Shown here one piece after another: positions 38,567 to 47,707 of a stretch of 64,000 nucleotides of DNA. Within the stretch, counting starts at the first letter, position 1. The number at the start of each line of letters is the position of its first letter. A program made the position numbers and the translations under genes. The notes beneath the pieces are model-generated. The model saw only the letters and a program-made list of their open reading frames with translations. It was not told where the DNA came from and ran no database searches. The stretch is from Spirochaetia bacterium (lineage in GTDB: Bacteria; Spirochaetota; Spirochaetia; SZUA-6; Bin103): assembly GCA_965199955.1 (NCBI GenBank), contig CBDATQ010000001.1:352001-416000 (forward strand). Direction: 5' to 3'.

Positions 38567-40923
38567 CAGGAGAGCCCCCGCAGGCTGAACAGGCGCTTCA
38601 GCCACGCGACCAGGCCGCGCCGGCGCATCTGCGTGGCCGCCGCCAGGGCGGCGACGCGCAACTCGCCGGCGGCGCGGGCGTCCGGCGGGTTCGGCCGGTA
38701 GCGGAGCGCGGTGTAGCGCTGGGCGAAGCCCTGCAGCTCCGGATACCGCTCGGCGTATTCGCGGGCGGTCTCCACCGGGGACTTGATCGCGTAGCCGTCG
38801 GCCGCCAGCCGCATGTACAAGAGCGACGCACGCGCCCGCAGACCGTGCCGGGTGGGCGCGCGCGCGGCCAGGGCCAGGATCCCCTCGCGCCCGTACCGCC
38901 ACGCGTAGGCGCCGGCCACCCCGGCGATGGCCAGCGCACCGGCCAGGCGCAGCACCAGCAGCCACGGGAACTGGAAGTCGCGGTCGAGCCGGTCCTCGAT
39001 CTGGATGATGGGGATGACGACGTCCTGGCCGGTGGCGCCCAGCTCGGGCGGCGGCTGGATGGCGAACTGCGTGGCCTCGATGTCCACCCAGCCGTAGCTC
39101 GGCAGGTAGTACTGGGTCCAGGAGTGGCGGTGCGCGGTGGTGATCAGGTAGAGCTGGTCGAGCGGGAACTCCTGCAGCGGCTCGATCACCTCTCGCAGGC
39201 TCTGCAGGCCGCGCCGGTGCACGTCGGTCTGCAGGCTCTCGGTCCCGAGCCAGCCGGTGACCACGCGGCTGGGGATGCCGGCGATCCGCCCCAGGATCGC
39301 GGCCGTGTTGGAGAACTCCGTGCAGTCGCCGGTGCGGGTCTCGAACAGGAACAGCTCCAGGTGGTCGACCGACACGTCGTCGGTGAAGCCGATCTCGTAC
39401 TGGCAGGTGTCGAAGGAGCGCAGGATCGCGTCGATCTTGTCGAAGTAGCCGGCGGCGCCGGCGGTGACCTCCGCGGCGTACTGCTCGAAGCCGGCCAGCG
39501 TCTCGCCGTCGAACGGAACCTCCAGGTAGGGGGCGAGGGCGCTGCGCTCGGCCGCGGACAGTTCGCCCAGCCAGCGCCACTGCTCGGGTCCGGTGGCGCT
39601 CACGCGCGACACCGTCCAATACGAGAGGTCGAACGGATGGTAGAGCCGGTTCATCACCGTCGGCTCGATCTCGTACGGCCGGTACGGCATGACCCGGTCG
39701 TCGATCGAGGACAGGAAGAAGTACTCCCGCGGCTCGCGCCGGCGGTCGGGCAGGCGCAGCACGTCGACCCAGGTGGTCAGCAGGCGCTGGTTCACCAGGT
39801 CGTTGAGCGGCTCGTCGATGCTGTAGGTGAAGCCGCCCTCGGGATGCAGGTCGGCGAAGTAGCCGTCGGCCGCGTACACGGGATCGGTGGCGCTGGCGAT
39901 CACCATGCGCGCGTACTGCCGGGCCTCTCCGTCGCCTTCGCCTTCCTCGCCCTGGCCGTCGCCCTCGCCTTCCTCGCCTTGTCCCTGCCCCTCGCCCTGC
40001 TGCTGTCCCTGGCCGCCACCTTCGGCGCCCGCGCCCTGGCCGGCGCCGGAGTCGTTCCAGCGGTCGGCCGGTACGCCCTCCAGGCGCTGCTGGCCGTCCG
40101 CCTGTCCGCCCTGCTGGTTCTGCGCGTCATCGCCCTGGCCGCCCTGTCCGGTGGCGTCCGACTGTTCGCCCTGTCCGCCCTGGCCCCCGCGCTGCGACGG
40201 GTCCTGCTGCGGGTCGAGCGGGCGCAGGTTGCCGCCGGGCGGCCCGGAGGAGTCCGCGCCGATCGGCTGCGGCTCCGGCACGGCGACCTCGTTCAGGTTG
40301 TTGAAGGCGATGCGGTTGGAGACGAAGTCGGGCGGCAGCAGCACGCCCAGGGCGATGCTGACCGGCAGCGCGAACATCGCGAACGTGGCCAGCTCGCGCC
40401 GGCGGAAACGGCCCCCGGACTCGGGAAACGCCGCCAGGTAGAGCGCCAGCGCGTGCAGGAGGAAACCGCAGGTGATCATGACCACCAGCGCGGTGGTGAT
40501 GCGCAGGCTCTCCTCGGCGATCACGTCGTTGGCGCGGGAGAAACGCAGCAGCTTCAGGAGCACGTAGCCCACGAACAGGAGCTCCGCGACGGCGACCAGG
40601 TGGCCGTGCTCGCGGGCTTGGAAGACAAGCGCGGTCAGCACGAACGCCGCGAGCCCCACCCCGATCACGGTCAGGCTGGTCCGGTCGAGGCCGGGACCCG
40701 CGACCGCCGCGACGACCGCCAGGCCGAGCGCCGCTGCCAGCCAGTACGGGAGCCGCATCCGCGGCGGCTTGAGGAAGGCGGCCAGGGCCATCTCCAGCGG
40801 CACCAGCGCGAACCACGTCACCCAGCCGACGCGGTCGTAGGAGATCGTCACCGCCGGGTGCACGATCGGGATGGCGATCGCCACCAGGTAGACCAGCAGG
40901 CGCGTCCCGAACAGAAGGGTCAC
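38563..40923 (-). CDS. Membrane transglutaminase-like (TgpA-type) protein
   Basis: N-terminal TM bundle; GDCTEFS, HSWTQYY and GWVDIE catalytic triad motifs; C-terminal TM. Confidence 0.88.
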   Translation of the reverse strand: MTLLFGTRLLVYLVAIAIPIVHPAVTISYDRVGWVTWFALVPLEMALAAFLKPPRMRLPYWLAAALGLAVVAAVAGPGLDRTSLTVIGVGLAAFVLTALVFQAREHGHLVAVAELLFVGYVLLKLLRFSRANDVIAEESLRITTALVVMITCGFLLHALALYLAAFPESGGRFRRRELATFAMFALPVSIALGVLLPPDFVSNRIAFNNLNEVAVPEPQPIGADSSGPPGGNLRPLDPQQDPSQRGGQGGQGEQSDATGQGGQGDDAQNQQGGQADGQQRLEGVPADRWNDSGAGQGAGAEGGGQGQQQGEGQGQGEEGEGDGQGEEGEGDGEARQYARMVIASATDPVYAADGYFADLHPEGGFTYSIDEPLNDLVNQRLLTTWVDVLRLPDRRREPREYFFLSSIDDRVMPYRPYEIEPTVMNRLYHPFDLSYWTVSRVSATGPEQWRWLGELSAAERSALAPYLEVPFDGETLAGFEQYAAEVTAGAAGYFDKIDAILRSFDTCQYEIGFTDDVSVDHLELFLFETRTGDCTEFSNTAAILGRIAGIPSRVVTGWLGTESLQTDVHRRGLQSLREVIEPLQEFPLDQLYLITTAHRHSWTQYYLPSYGWVDIEATQFAIQPPPELGATGQDVVIPIIQIEDRLDRDFQFPWLLVLRLAGALAIAGVAGAYAWRYGREGILALAARAPTRHGLRARASLLYMRLAADGYAIKSPVETAREYAERYPELQGFAQRYTALRYRPNPPDARAAGELRVAALAAATQMRRRGLVAWLKRLFSLRGLSC
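39929..39982. repeat. 27-bp tandem duplication (GQGEEGEGD x2) in a Gln/Gly-rich linker
   Basis: CCGTCGCC(T/C)TCGCCTTCCTCGCC.TG. occurs twice. Confidence 0.7.
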
Positions 40924-42269
40924 GACAGCCCCACCTCGAGCGGCTCGTCTTCCACGTGGACGTTCGTCCCGCGGAGCGAGGGGCCGAGCGCGAAACGCTC
41001 GCGGCGCAGCGCCCAGGGACCGGGAACGAGTGAAGCCGACACCGGCCGCAATGCCAGCCTGGTCCTGTCGTCGTCCTCCACGCGCGGCGGAATCGCGGAC
41101 ACGGTGCGATACACGTGCACGGCGGTGTCGCCGAGCTGCGCCACGTGCGCGGCAAGGCCGGCGTCGAACGCAGTGGTGAAGATGAACAGCTCGTGCGGCT
41201 GCACCTCGAGCCGGTGCTCGGGGCCGGTCGCGAAGGTGACCGAGGCGAGACGGCGGGCCAGGTCGTCGATGTCCTCGACGGTGTCCACGTCGTGCTCGCC
41301 GGCACCGGTGATGACCCGGAAGGTGAAGTCCTCATGCTCGGCCTTGACCGCGCGCAGGAACGTCAGCAGCCAGCTCTTCAGGTAGTCGAGGTGGAGCACC
41401 GAGTCGAGCGTCTCCGGGCCCGCCGGCCGGTAGTGGCGGAGCTCGACGTGCAGCAGGCGGGTCTGCTGCTCGCTGACCGGGGAGATGCGGGTAATCAGCT
41501 CATTGAGGCGGCTGGACGCCTTCCAGTTTATGTCCTTCAGGCGGTCGCCGGGCTCGTATTCGCGCATGTAGTAGCGCTCCTCGTCGGAGGAGCGCTGCCG
41601 GCGGGTGGTGTCGTCCCCAACGGCCGCGTCGATCTTCGGGGCCGAGCGCGCAGGCAGCGCCGCCGGGCGCACCGGCAGCAGCCGGCGTTCGTCGCGGCCC
41701 GGCAGGTGGCTGCGGGTCAGCCCGAACACGTCGCGCACCGCCAGCCGGGCACGCACCTCCAGGTCGCCTGCGACCGGCAGCTCCAGGCGGAGCGGCAGCT
41801 CCTCCGACGCCGACGAGACCTCCGCGCGCAGGTGCACGGCCGCCCGGTTGCCGGCGCGCAGTCGTCCGCTGAACCGCGCGTGCAGGCGGTAGAAGTAGTG
41901 CGGCCGGCCGGCGCCCGGCGCCTTCAGGTCAAGGAGGCCCGCGGTGCGGGCGGACAGCGGCCCGCCGGTGTCCCACGCCATCGTGACGGCGGCCATGCGG
42001 CGCGCCTGCAGCCGGCCGTCGAAGGCCAGCACCGCCAGCACGAGCGTGGCGGCGGCGGACAGCACGAACTCGTAGCTGTTGTCCGTCGCGAACGCGCTGC
42101 CGGCCAGGTAGCCCGCGGCCGCCAGCAGGCCGGTGCCCGGCAACGTGAACGGGTAGTAGCGCAGCGCCGCGCGCGCGGCGGTCCGACGGGGGTGGTCGTG
42201 GGAGCGGATCGGTGTCTGCGACCAGGGCCGCAAACGGGGCAGGAGGCGTGCAGGCGATGCGGTCGCCAT
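40920..42269 (-). CDS. DUF58 domain protein
   Basis: DVFGL and REYEPGD.LK.INWKASSR motifs. Confidence 0.9.
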   Translation of the reverse strand: MATASPARLLPRLRPWSQTPIRSHDHPRRTAARAALRYYPFTLPGTGLLAAAGYLAGSAFATDNSYEFVLSAAATLVLAVLAFDGRLQARRMAAVTMAWDTGGPLSARTAGLLDLKAPGAGRPHYFYRLHARFSGRLRAGNRAAVHLRAEVSSASEELPLRLELPVAGDLEVRARLAVRDVFGLTRSHLPGRDERRLLPVRPAALPARSAPKIDAAVGDDTTRRQRSSDEERYYMREYEPGDRLKDINWKASSRLNELITRISPVSEQQTRLLHVELRHYRPAGPETLDSVLHLDYLKSWLLTFLRAVKAEHEDFTFRVITGAGEHDVDTVEDIDDLARRLASVTFATGPEHRLEVQPHELFIFTTAFDAGLAAHVAQLGDTAVHVYRTVSAIPPRVEDDDRTRLALRPVSASLVPGPWALRRERFALGPSLRGTNVHVEDEPLEVGLS

Positions 42270-43282
42270 CAGCCGGCGAGCGCGGGCACCCGGTCCACCC
42301 TGACGTTCGAGCGCACCTCGTCGATGACGGCGCGCGCGTCGCCGTCGGTGTCTTCCAGCAGCAGGCGGTGGCTGACGCCGGGTACCAGCACCTCCTTGGC
42401 CAGGTCGATCGTCACGAACTCCTCGCCGCGCACCAGGGCCAGGGCGCGTGCCAGCCGGGACAGCTTGACGCCGGTGCGGGGGCTGGCGCCCGACTCCACC
42501 GCCGGATGGCGGCGGGTTCGGCGCACGCACTCGACCAGGTAGGTGACGACCTCGTCGTGGATGAAGATCCGGTCGACCAGCCGCTGCCACGCGACCAGCT
42601 CGTCGCACGACACGACCGGCCCGATCTGGTCCCAGGCGTCCTCGCGCCCGTGCTGCTTGACGATGCGCTCCTCGTCCGCGGTCGACGGGAAGCCCAGGGA
42701 GAGCTGCACCATGAAGCGGTCGAGCTGCGGGATCGGCAGCGGGAACAGGTGGGCGCCCTTGAGGTTCATGGTGGCGATGATGAAGAACGGGTCAGGCAGC
42801 CGGTACGTGGTGCCCTCCACGGTCACGGCCTGCTCCTCCATCGCCTGCAGGAAGCTGCCCTGCGTCTTGGGGGTCAGCAGGTTGATCTCGTCGCAGAGCA
42901 CGAAGTGCGCGAACAGGGGACCGCGCGTGAAGGTGAAGGAGCCGCTGGCGATGTCGTAGCGGTTGAAGCCCAGGATGTCCTGCGGCAGCAGGTCGACCGT
43001 GCACTGGATGCGGCTGAATTGGTCGATGCCGACGCCTTGATCGGACGTCTCGGTCGTGTGCCAGCGGATGGAGGCGGCCAGCGCCTTGGCCAGAGACGTC
43101 TTACCCACGCCGTGCGAATCGGCCAGGATGACGTGGCCGCCGGCCAGCTTGGCCGCCAGCAGGTGCTCGATCGTGCGGGCGTCGATGGAGATGAGCGAGC
43201 GGACGTTGTCGATGATGCGGCGGATGCCGTCGCTGGCGTCGCGCACGGCGTCGGGCGTTGCGCCGTCATTCCACTCACTCAT
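42269..43282 (-). CDS. MoxR family AAA+ ATPase
   Basis: GVGKT, RIQCTVDLLP.DI.G, DEIN, LQAMEE, QLDRF and GASPR motifs. Confidence 0.93.
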   Translation of the reverse strand: MSEWNDGATPDAVRDASDGIRRIIDNVRSLISIDARTIEHLLAAKLAGGHVILADSHGVGKTSLAKALAASIRWHTTETSDQGVGIDQFSRIQCTVDLLPQDILGFNRYDIASGSFTFTRGPLFAHFVLCDEINLLTPKTQGSFLQAMEEQAVTVEGTTYRLPDPFFIIATMNLKGAHLFPLPIPQLDRFMVQLSLGFPSTADEERIVKQHGREDAWDQIGPVVSCDELVAWQRLVDRIFIHDEVVTYLVECVRRTRRHPAVESGASPRTGVKLSRLARALALVRGEEFVTIDLAKEVLVPGVSHRLLLEDTDGDARAVIDEVRSNVRVDRVPALAG

Positions 43283-43398
43283 GGCGGGTCACTCAAGGCG
43301 GGTGGCCGTCGGTACGGCAGTACGGAAGATTAGGGCTATCGTACCGAACGGTCAACGAACGCGACATGAACGGGACGTGAACATGACATGATCGGTGA

Positions 43399-43794
43399 AT
43401 GGAGATGACCCGCCACAGGGTGACCGTGCGGCTGCACCACACCGACGCCGCCGGCGTGCTGTTCTACGGCCGGCTGTTCGAGCTGGTGCAGGAGGCGTTC
43501 GAGGAGGCCCTGCGGGCCGGCGGGCTGCCCCTGGCCGATCTGCTGCGCGGCGGTGGCTTCGGGCTCCGGGTCGTACACGCGGAGGCCGACTACGCCGCTC
43601 CGGTCCGCGTCGGCGACTCGTTGGACGTGCGCCTGTCGTTCGAGGCGGGCGACCGGTCGCTGCGGGTCAACGCCGAGATCGCCGATGGGGCCGGGCGTAC
43701 GGTCGGGGCGGCTCATGTCGTGCACGCCGCCGTCGATTGGGCGACCGGCGCGGCGGTGCCGCTTCCCGACGCGGTGCGAGCGCTGACGCGATGA
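43399..43794 (+). CDS. 4HBT-family acyl-CoA thioesterase
   Basis: TDAAGV.FY and HAEADY.APV..GD motifs. Confidence 0.85.
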   Translation: MEMTRHRVTVRLHHTDAAGVLFYGRLFELVQEAFEEALRAGGLPLADLLRGGGFGLRVVHAEADYAAPVRVGDSLDVRLSFEAGDRSLRVNAEIADGAGRTVGAAHVVHAAVDWATGAAVPLPDAVRALTR

Positions 43795-43971
43795 TTCAGG
43801 CGTGGCTGCTGGACTACCGGCCCCTGGTCCAGTCGGTGGCGGGGGATGCGGCCGCCCAGCCGGAAGGTCGCTGACACCCCACGAACGGGCAACGAATGCG
43901 GCGCCTGGAGCATGGATCATGACAGAAGCTCCATGCGTGATGGCTAGCTCGTTCTATCCCAATATCAGTCC

Positions 43972-44184
43972 ATGAGACGCACATCAATCGAGATCGATGA
44001 AGCACGGCTCACTCGCGCTCAGTCCGCACTCGGCACCACGGGAGTCAAGGACACCATCGACGCGGCGCCGCAGGAGGTCATCCGGGCCGATCTGCGCCGG
44101 CGATTGGCTGCACGCATTCGATCGGGAGAGGGGATCGACCGCGGCCGGGAGGTGCTCGACGCCAGCCGAGGCTGGCAGCGTTGA
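43972..44184 (+). CDS. vapB: VapB-type antitoxin
   Basis: MRRTSIEID...L..A...LG.....DTI; coupled to a PIN gene. Confidence 0.8.
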   Translation: MRRTSIEIDEARLTRAQSALGTTGVKDTIDAAPQEVIRADLRRRLAARIRSGEGIDRGREVLDASRGWQR

Positions 44185-44597
44185 AGCTGTACCTGGCGGA
44201 CACCAGCGCATGGCACCGAGCGGACAATCCCGCGGTCGCCGGTGTATGGGAGACGCGGCTGATGGCCGACTCGATGGCGACCTGCGCCCAGGTTCGCCTG
44301 GAGATCCTCTATTCGGCTCAAGGCGCCGACGACTACGAGAAGCTGAGTGCAGAGCTTCTGGCACTTCACCAGCTCCCATGCACGGCCGAGCACTTCGATC
44401 GCGCCCTTGACATCCAGGAGCAGCTCGCTCGGCAAGGTGGGTTGCACCATCGCAGCGTGAAGATCCCGGACCCTGTGATCGCCGCCTGTGCCGAGGCCGC
44501 CGGCGCCACGGTCTGGCACTATGACGAGGACTACGACCGCATCGTCGAGGTTACCGGCCAGCCCGCGGAGTGGATCGTTCCGCGCGGTTCGCTGTAA
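44181..44597 (+). CDS. vapC: VapC PIN toxin
   Basis: YLADTSA, LE.LYSA and D..IAA.AE.....HYD.DY motifs; TTGA overlap. Confidence 0.88.
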   Translation: MKLYLADTSAWHRADNPAVAGVWETRLMADSMATCAQVRLEILYSAQGADDYEKLSAELLALHQLPCTAEHFDRALDIQEQLARQGGLHHRSVKIPDPVIAACAEAAGATVWHYDEDYDRIVEVTGQPAEWIVPRGSL

Positions 44598-44789
44598 CTG
44601 GAACCATCCTGTCGACCGCCGGCGGCACAAACCGGTCTGGTTCGTTGATGGTCGAAATCAGGCAGCGCCGGACCTGCGGCGTGATGATCTCAAGGTAGCG
44701 GACGGATACGCGTCGACGGCGAGGTATCGCCGTTCGTATCGGTCGTCGAACTCGTCGAGCGGCGCGAGGTCGAGTCGCTCTCTCGATCT

Positions 44790-45005
44790 CTAGACGATCT
44801 TGGTTGCTCGAACCGGCAGCTCTTCCGTTTCGAGCTTCGAAAGGTCCAGCCGCTCCGAGGCATGATCGATGTCGAATCCGACTACGTCTCCATTGGCGTC
44901 GAGATCGACGTTAACGTTGGATGCTACCTCGTGCGTTTCGGCACTTGGCTCGTTCTTCAATTCTATGTAAAGACTGTCCGTTTCAGGGTAATAGTGCAGC
45001 TTCAT
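44790..45005 (-). CDS. DUF2283 family antitoxin-like protein
   Basis: MKLHYYPETDSLYIEL...D.D..G.VVG.DI..AS pattern. Confidence 0.88.
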   Translation of the reverse strand: MKLHYYPETDSLYIELKNEPSAETHEVASNVNVDLDANGDVVGFDIDHASERLDLSKLETEELPVRATKIV

Positions 45006-45196
45006 GGACTTCTCCTGAATCTTCGATCAAAAGCGTTGTGAACCGTTTCTCCATCGTCCAGGGTGACGACGCGCAGGACACGAGGCATCTCCTCGCCGGG
45101 ACGAATAATCTCACCCCAGAACCGGATGCGACCATCCGGTTGGACTTGGCGCTCGATCGGATCCGCGATCACGGCCGCGCACCACCTCGGATCTAC
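45002..45196 (-). pseudogene. 5'-truncated RelE/DUF4258-like toxin partner of DUF2283
   Basis: VDPRWCAAVIADP..RQVQPDGRIRFWG...LRVVTL.DGETVHNAF; begins immediately after the ankyrin gene stop; ATGA-coupled to DUF2283. Confidence 0.75.
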
Positions 45197-46282
45197 CTAC
45201 TGCTGTGCCAGGAACTCGACCAGCTTGGTTCGCTTCTTGGCGCGGGCGACGTCGAGCGCAGTCTGACCGGCGTCGTCCTGCCGGCCGACGTCCACGCCGC
45301 GCTCGACCAGCAGGCGCACCAGGGGCACTCCGGCGCCGGAGCTGACCGCCACGTGCAGGGCGGTTTCGCTGGTCTTGCTCATCACTTCGTTCGGGTCGCA
45401 GCCGTGGTCAAGGAACCAGGTGACGCCCTGCAGGCTGCGCATGTTGACCGCGCAGCCGAGCGGGTTGTAGCCGCCGTGGTGGGCGGTGCCGCGCGTGCCG
45501 TTCATGTCGATGGCGTCGTGGCGCAGCAGCGACTCCAGGACGTCGAATTGGCCGTCGCATGCCAGGTGGTTGGGGGTGTCGTCATCGCTCAGGCGGGCGC
45601 CCCGCTCAAGCAGCAGGTCGGCGATCGCGCCGTTGTCGGCCCAGCACGCCTGATCGAGCGCCGTGGCGGGGTCGGCGCCGTGCTCCAGCAGCAGCGTCGC
45701 TGTGGTCAGGCGATCCTCGTCGCTACCTGCCTTGCAGCGGGCGCAGTAGTGCAACGGCAGCCAGGAGCCGTCGCGCGAGTCGGGATCGGCCTGCGCCGCC
45801 GCTTCGGGCGACTCCGCCAGGATGCGGGCGACCCGCTCGTGGTCGGCGATCGCGCACGCGGTGTAGAGGTCCAGATCGCCCCCGACGCGCTCCAGCAGCA
45901 CAGGCACGTACTCCGTGCAGCCCATGGCGGCGACGGTCACCGCGTCCACCAGGTAGTAGCTGCCGCGCAGCATCGGGTCGGCGCCGTGCTCCAGCAGCAG
46001 TCGCACCGTCTCGGTGTGGCCGGCCGTCTTCGGAGCGGTCTTCTTGAACTCCACCGTGCGGTGCAGCGGCCGGTAGCGGTGCGCGGTAGGCGCCAGCACG
46101 TTGACGTCCGCTCCCTGCTCGATCAGGAACCCGACCACCTCGTCATGCCCGCCGTAGCAGGCGTTCATGAGCACCTGCCAGTAGCCGGCGGTCTCCGCAT
46201 CGGCCTTGACCGCCGCCCGTACCGCTTTCAGGTCCCCCCTGCCGGCGGCTCCCGCCGCGGCCTTCGCCTTCGCCTTGTCCAT
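45197..46282 (-). CDS. Ankyrin repeat protein
   Basis: Repeated LLLEHGADP, TALHVA and GQTALDVA motifs. Confidence 0.9.
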   Translation of the reverse strand: MDKAKAKAAAGAAGRGDLKAVRAAVKADAETAGYWQVLMNACYGGHDEVVGFLIEQGADVNVLAPTAHRYRPLHRTVEFKKTAPKTAGHTETVRLLLEHGADPMLRGSYYLVDAVTVAAMGCTEYVPVLLERVGGDLDLYTACAIADHERVARILAESPEAAAQADPDSRDGSWLPLHYCARCKAGSDEDRLTTATLLLEHGADPATALDQACWADNGAIADLLLERGARLSDDDTPNHLACDGQFDVLESLLRHDAIDMNGTRGTAHHGGYNPLGCAVNMRSLQGVTWFLDHGCDPNEVMSKTSETALHVAVSSGAGVPLVRLLVERGVDVGRQDDAGQTALDVARAKKRTKLVEFLAQQ

Positions 46283-46350
46283 GGCGATGAGCGTATCAGG
46301 CACGCTGTCAGGCCGCGATCGGCGTAGCTCAGTTCGGCTGCAACACATTG

Positions 46351-46379
46351 TTGACAATTTGACAGGTTGGAGCCATGGT
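46351..46379 (+). promoter_or_regulatory. TA promoter/operator: tandem TTGACA, -10 CATGGT
   Basis: TTGACA at 46351 and 46359; 17-nt spacer to CATGGT; start codon 6 nt after the -10. Confidence 0.55.
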
Positions 46380-46385
46380 TGCACC

Positions 46386-46625
46386 GTGAGAGCGTTACCG
46401 GTGGCTGAGCTCAAGGCGGAGTTTTCGAAGGTTCTGGCCGACGTGCGGCGCGGAGAGCGCATCGGCGTCCTGTACGGACGATCCAGGGAGCCGGTCGCCA
46501 TGATCGTCCCCTACGAACCGGAGCCTGTCGGGAAGCGTGAGATCGGCTTCCTTGACGGGAAGGCTACGATCGAGTTCGCGGAAGACTACGAGATGACCGA
46601 GGCGGAGTTCCTTGGCGATACATGA
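46386..46625 (+). CDS. Phd/YefM family antitoxin
   Basis: VAELKA.FS.VL..V..GE...PVAMIVP...R.IG.L.G pattern. Confidence 0.85.
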   Translation: MRALPVAELKAEFSKVLADVRRGERIGVLYGRSREPVAMIVPYEPEPVGKREIGFLDGKATIEFAEDYEMTEAEFLGDT

Positions 46626-47023
46626 GTTATCTCCTGGATACGCATGTCCTTCTCTGGGCAATCGCCAAGTCGAGTGAACTGTCTGCATCCGCTCGGGCGA
46701 TCATCCAGGACCCGCTCAACCAGATCCACGTGAGCACGGTGTCTCTCTGGGAGGCGTCGCTGAAGTATGGGTTGGGCAAGCTGAAGCTGGGCTCTCTGGA
46801 CCCGGACGAGATTCCCGATCACTGTCGCCGTCTCGGCTTCGAAATCGTCCCGCTGGGAGCCGTCGAGGCTGCGACCTGCCACGCATTGCCGCGGGTGGAG
46901 GCGCATCGTGACCCGTTCGATCGGATGCTTGTCCATCAGTCCGTTCACGGGAACATGACGCTGATCACCCGAGATAGACGGATGGAGCATTATCGATCCC
47001 ACGGATTGCGCCACGTGTGGTAG
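46622..47023 (+). CDS. vapC: VapC PIN toxin (Sll0205-like)
   Basis: LLDTHVLLW, S.WE...K..LGKL and HRDPFDRML motifs. Confidence 0.92.
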   Translation: MSYLLDTHVLLWAIAKSSELSASARAIIQDPLNQIHVSTVSLWEASLKYGLGKLKLGSLDPDEIPDHCRRLGFEIVPLGAVEAATCHALPRVEAHRDPFDRMLVHQSVHGNMTLITRDRRMEHYRSHGLRHVW

Positions 47024-47050
47024 ACGGCGCACCACAAGAGGAGAAGGGAA

Positions 47051-47707
47051 GTGAGCCTGAAGGTCTACGATTTTCACACGGACATCGCCAACGTGCTGGT
47101 GACGCCGCAGATCCGCTGCCGGTTCATGAAGATGGAGGTCGGGCAGGCCGCCGGCGGCCACACCCACGACCTGGGGCACGAGATCTTCCTGGTGCTGCAG
47201 GGGAGGGCGGAGTTCGAGATCTCAGGGGAGCGCGCCACCCTGGGGCCGGGCGAATTCTGCATCGCCCTGGTCGACCAGTACCACAGCGTGCGCAACGTCG
47301 GCGACGAGGAGATGATCATGTTCCTGTCGGTCACCCCGCACATCCAGCCGACCCACACGTTCTGGAACGAGGACGGCACCAAGGAGCCGCCGCGCTTCAT
47401 GCCCGCCGGCAGCTACGACGAGCCGGCGGACCGCGAGACGCCGACGGCGGAGCTGGCCGAGCGCCATACGGCGGCGGCCGCGGCTCTCGCGGAGTCGGCT
47501 GCCGCGGCCGGCAACATCCAGCAGCAGGAGGCCGACCGCTGCGTGCAGGCGCTGGAGGCCGGGGACCAGCAGGCCGCCGAGGGGGCCCGCGAGCGGATGT
47601 GGAACGCGGTGTCCGACGTGCTCGGCCGGGCCATGAAGCTCGGCGACACGTGGAACACGTTCGCCGCCCGCACCGCCGATCCGCCGGCCGGCGCACCGGA
47701 CGCATGA
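47051..47707 (+). CDS. Cupin domain protein
   Basis: HTHDLGHE.F.VLQG and H.VRN.G motifs. Confidence 0.8.
   Translation: MSLKVYDFHTDIANVLVTPQIRCRFMKMEVGQAAGGHTHDLGHEIFLVLQGRAEFEISGERATLGPGEFCIALVDQYHSVRNVGDEEMIMFLSVTPHIQPTHTFWNEDGTKEPPRFMPAGSYDEPADRETPTAELAERHTAAAAALAESAAAAGNIQQQEADRCVQALEAGDQQAAEGARERMWNAVSDVLGRAMKLGDTWNTFAARTADPPAGAPDA

Noticed and set aside
37346..39619. 757-aa propeller ORF
   Set aside because: The upstream portion overlaps the transglutaminase gene in another frame; the signal peptide starts near 38566.
43283..43398. CGGTACG/CGTACCG inverted repeat and ACATGA repeats in a divergent promoter
   Set aside because: Too short to distinguish from chance; no regulator can be assigned.
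44598..44789. Possible gene remnant between vapC and DUF2283
   Set aside because: Coding-like on the minus strand but no recognisable family or consistent frame.
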